Shown piece by piece: positions 40,266 to 42,307 of a stretch of DNA of 42,307 bases (the stretch's first letter is position 1; every line of letters begins with the position of its first letter). Location: contig CAMOTC010000003.1 of the NCBI GenBank assembly GCA_946625545.1, forward strand, positions 1 to 42,307, in the 5' to 3' direction. The stretch is from an uncultured Clostridia bacterium. Lineage in GTDB: Bacteria > Bacillota > Clostridia > Christensenellales > CAG-1252. The notes under the pieces were generated by a model that had not been told where the DNA came from, did no database searches, and saw only the letters and a program-made list of their open reading frames with translations. A program made the position numbers and the translations under genes.

Positions 40266-42307
40266 TGAGATAAAGAACGAAAACGTTTCCAACGAAAATA
40301 TGAACGAAAGGATCTACGAAAAGACTGTCGAGCAGGTGATGCACGAGTCTATGATGCCGTACTCTGAGTACGTTATCCTTGATCGCGCGCTCCCTCGCGT
40401 GGAGGACGGCTTGAAGCCTGTTCAGCGCAGGATCCTTTACAGCATGTACGAGCTCGGACTCACACACGATAAGCCGCACAAAAAGTGCGCGAGGATCGTC
40501 GGTGAATGTCTGGGTAAATATCATCCGCACGGCGATACTTCCGTTTACGACGCCTTGGTCAGACTCGCGCAGTCCTTCAATATGAGCGAATGTCTCGTGG
40601 ACGGTCACGGAAACTTTGGTTCTGTGGACGGAGACGGCGCCGCCGCGATGCGTTACACCGAGGCTCGCCTTGCCCCCATCGCGCAGGAGATGCTCCGAGA
40701 CCTCGAGAAGGACACCGTCACCTACAGCTTGAACTTTGACGATACCTTAAAAGAGCCTGATATGCTCCCCGGTAGATTTCCCAATCTCCTCGTCAACGGT
40801 GCTTCGGGTATCGCGGTCGGTCTCGCGACGAATATCCCCACGCATAACCTCACAGAAGTGATCGACGGCGCGGTGGCGATGATCGATAATTCCCATATCA
40901 AGCTCGATGAACTGATGAATATCATCAAAGGACCCGACTTCCCGACGGGAGGTATCATCTATCGCTCCGACGAACTGCGCCAGGCATACGAAACGGGAAA
41001 AGGCAAGGTCACGATCACTGCGAAGATGCACATCGAGAGAGAGGGGGACAAGAAGAGTATCGTCATCACGGAGCTCCCTTATCAGGTCAATAAAGCAAAG
41101 CTCCTGCTCAAGATCAACGAACTGAGAGAGAGCAAGAAGGAGCCCTATACTCAGATCGCCGATATCCTCGACGAATCGGATAGACAGGGTCTTCGCGCCA
41201 CGATCAAGCTGAAGAGAGACGCCGATCCCGATCGTATCGTAAAGCTACTTATGAAGCATACCGATCTACAGACGAATTTCGGCATCAATATGGTGGTGAT
41301 CGCAGACGGAAAGCCTCGTTTGATGGGGCTCAAGGAGATCTTGCGCTACTATCTCGACTATCAGCGCACCTTGATCCAGCGCCGCACCCGTTTTGACCTC
41401 AATGCAGCAAAGGAGAGAGAAGAGATCTTGCGCGGACTGCTCGTCGCGATCCAAAATATCGACGAGGTTATCTCTATCATCAAGAAGGCAAAGAACGTCA
41501 CCGATGCAAAGGATTCCTTGCGTCAGCGTTTTACTCTGTCCGAAAAACAAGCGCACGCCATCGTGGAGATGAAACTGCGTAAGCTCACCAATCTTGAGAC
41601 GGACGAGATCGTCGCCGAGATCAAGGATCTGCGTGAAAAGATCGAGTATTATAACAAGATCCTCGGCAATCAAAAACTCCAGTTCCAGGTGGTCAAAGAG
41701 GAGCTTCTCGATATCAAGAAGCGCTACAAGAGAACGCGTCGTACCGCTATCATCGATGAAAATGGCAAGGAGATGATCGTCTCTGAGCTCAAGCCCGAGG
41801 AAGCGGAGTCCAAGCCCGTTGTGAACGGCGGTATCGTTCTCTTTAAAAACGGAAATCTGAAGTTCTGTAATCAGCGTACCCTCGGCGCAGGTGGTAAGAA
41901 CGTCATCGGACTGACTCAAGACGACGTCGTCGTGGATATCTGTTACCTGACTTCGGATAAGAATTTCTACGCCTTTACCAATAAGGGTAACGTCGCGAGG
42001 ATCGCGGCGTCCGATCTCCCCGAGCGGTCGTGGAAGGACAGGGGACTCCCGTTGATCAAGATCGTCTCGCAGGCGGATAAAGATGAAAGGGTAGTATCCA
42101 TACTCTGCCTTGATGAGAGCGAGAAGGCAAATCCGGAAAGCAGCTTGATTTTCTTTACAAGCGATGGTATGGCGAAGCGCACTCTCACCTCTGAGTACAT
42201 CTCTCTTTCAAAGTCCTATTTCCAGGCAATCATCCTGAAGGAAGGGGAGAAGGTCGTGAACGTCTCTCCTTTTGACGAAGGAAACTCCATGATCTTCGTG
42301 ACGAGAG
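40258..42307 (+). CDS. Type IIA topoisomerase subunit A (GyrA/ParC family, probably ParC), 3'-truncated
   Basis: Own translation from ATG 40258: RALPRVEDGLKPVQRRILY, GKYHPHGDTSVYDA, AAAMRYTEARL, NGASGIAVGLATNIPTHN; absent from the ORF track because it runs off the end. Confidence 0.93.
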   Translation, partial: MSDEIKNENVSNENMNERIYEKTVEQVMHESMMPYSEYVILDRALPRVEDGLKPVQRRILYSMYELGLTHDKPHKKCARIVGECLGKYHPHGDTSVYDALVRLAQSFNMSECLVDGHGNFGSVDGDGAAAMRYTEARLAPIAQEMLRDLEKDTVTYSLNFDDTLKEPDMLPGRFPNLLVNGASGIAVGLATNIPTHNLTEVIDGAVAMIDNSHIKLDELMNIIKGPDFPTGGIIYRSDELRQAYETGKGKVTITAKMHIEREGDKKSIVITELPYQVNKAKLLLKINELRESKKEPYTQIADILDESDRQGLRATIKLKRDADPDRIVKLLMKHTDLQTNFGINMVVIADGKPRLMGLKEILRYYLDYQRTLIQRRTRFDLNAAKEREEILRGLLVAIQNIDEVISIIKKAKNVTDAKDSLRQRFTLSEKQAHAIVEMKLRKLTNLETDEIVAEIKDLREKIEYYNKILGNQKLQFQVVKEELLDIKKRYKRTRRTAIIDENGKEMIVSELKPEEAESKPVVNGGIVLFKNGNLKFCNQRTLGAGGKNVIGLTQDDVVVDICYLTSDKNFYAFTNKGNVARIAASDLPERSWKDRGLPLIKIVSQADKDERVVSILCLDESEKANPESSLIFFTSDGMAKRTLTSEYISLSKSYFQAIILKEGEKVVNVSPFDEGNSMIFVTR

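Overview
Mostly core chromosome of a moderately GC-rich Firmicute, most likely Clostridia (inferred from gene order, the CIRCE/HrcA pair and clostridial-type proteins). In order: a 5'-truncated four-helix-bundle gene; a tyrS-yigZ-P1 peptidase-nnr operon; an antitoxin-less NdoA/MazF gene on the minus strand; pilT; tRNA-Leu(GAG) followed by a 163-bp unit that duplicates the tRNA 3' end; a lone type IV pilin; degV-apbE-NusG-II-Gx transporter-mmcQ; a glycerophosphodiesterase; the classic lepA-hemW-hrcA-grpE-dnaK-dnaJ-prmA-rsmE-mtaB-hit-rpsU block; dinB; a nucleotidyltransferase-mcsA-mcsB-clpC operon without ctsR; hpf; pgi; a TPP-like riboswitch with an enlarged ThiT; a degenerate ABC ATPase coupled to an S41 lipoprotein protease and a TauABC/SsuABC-type transporter; two small divergent hypothetical genes; and a type IIA topoisomerase pair (probably parE/parC) running off the end. 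I saw no integrase, transposase, CRISPR array or prophage. Best leads: (1) the structured tRNA-linked 163-bp mini-element beside the pilin, (2) a TPP riboswitch with a rewired pyrophosphate-sensor helix controlling a double-length ThiT, (3) an intact but apparently catalytically dead MalK-like ATPase coupled to an S41 protease, and (4) the orphan MazF. All calls come from reading motifs by eye; no searches were run.
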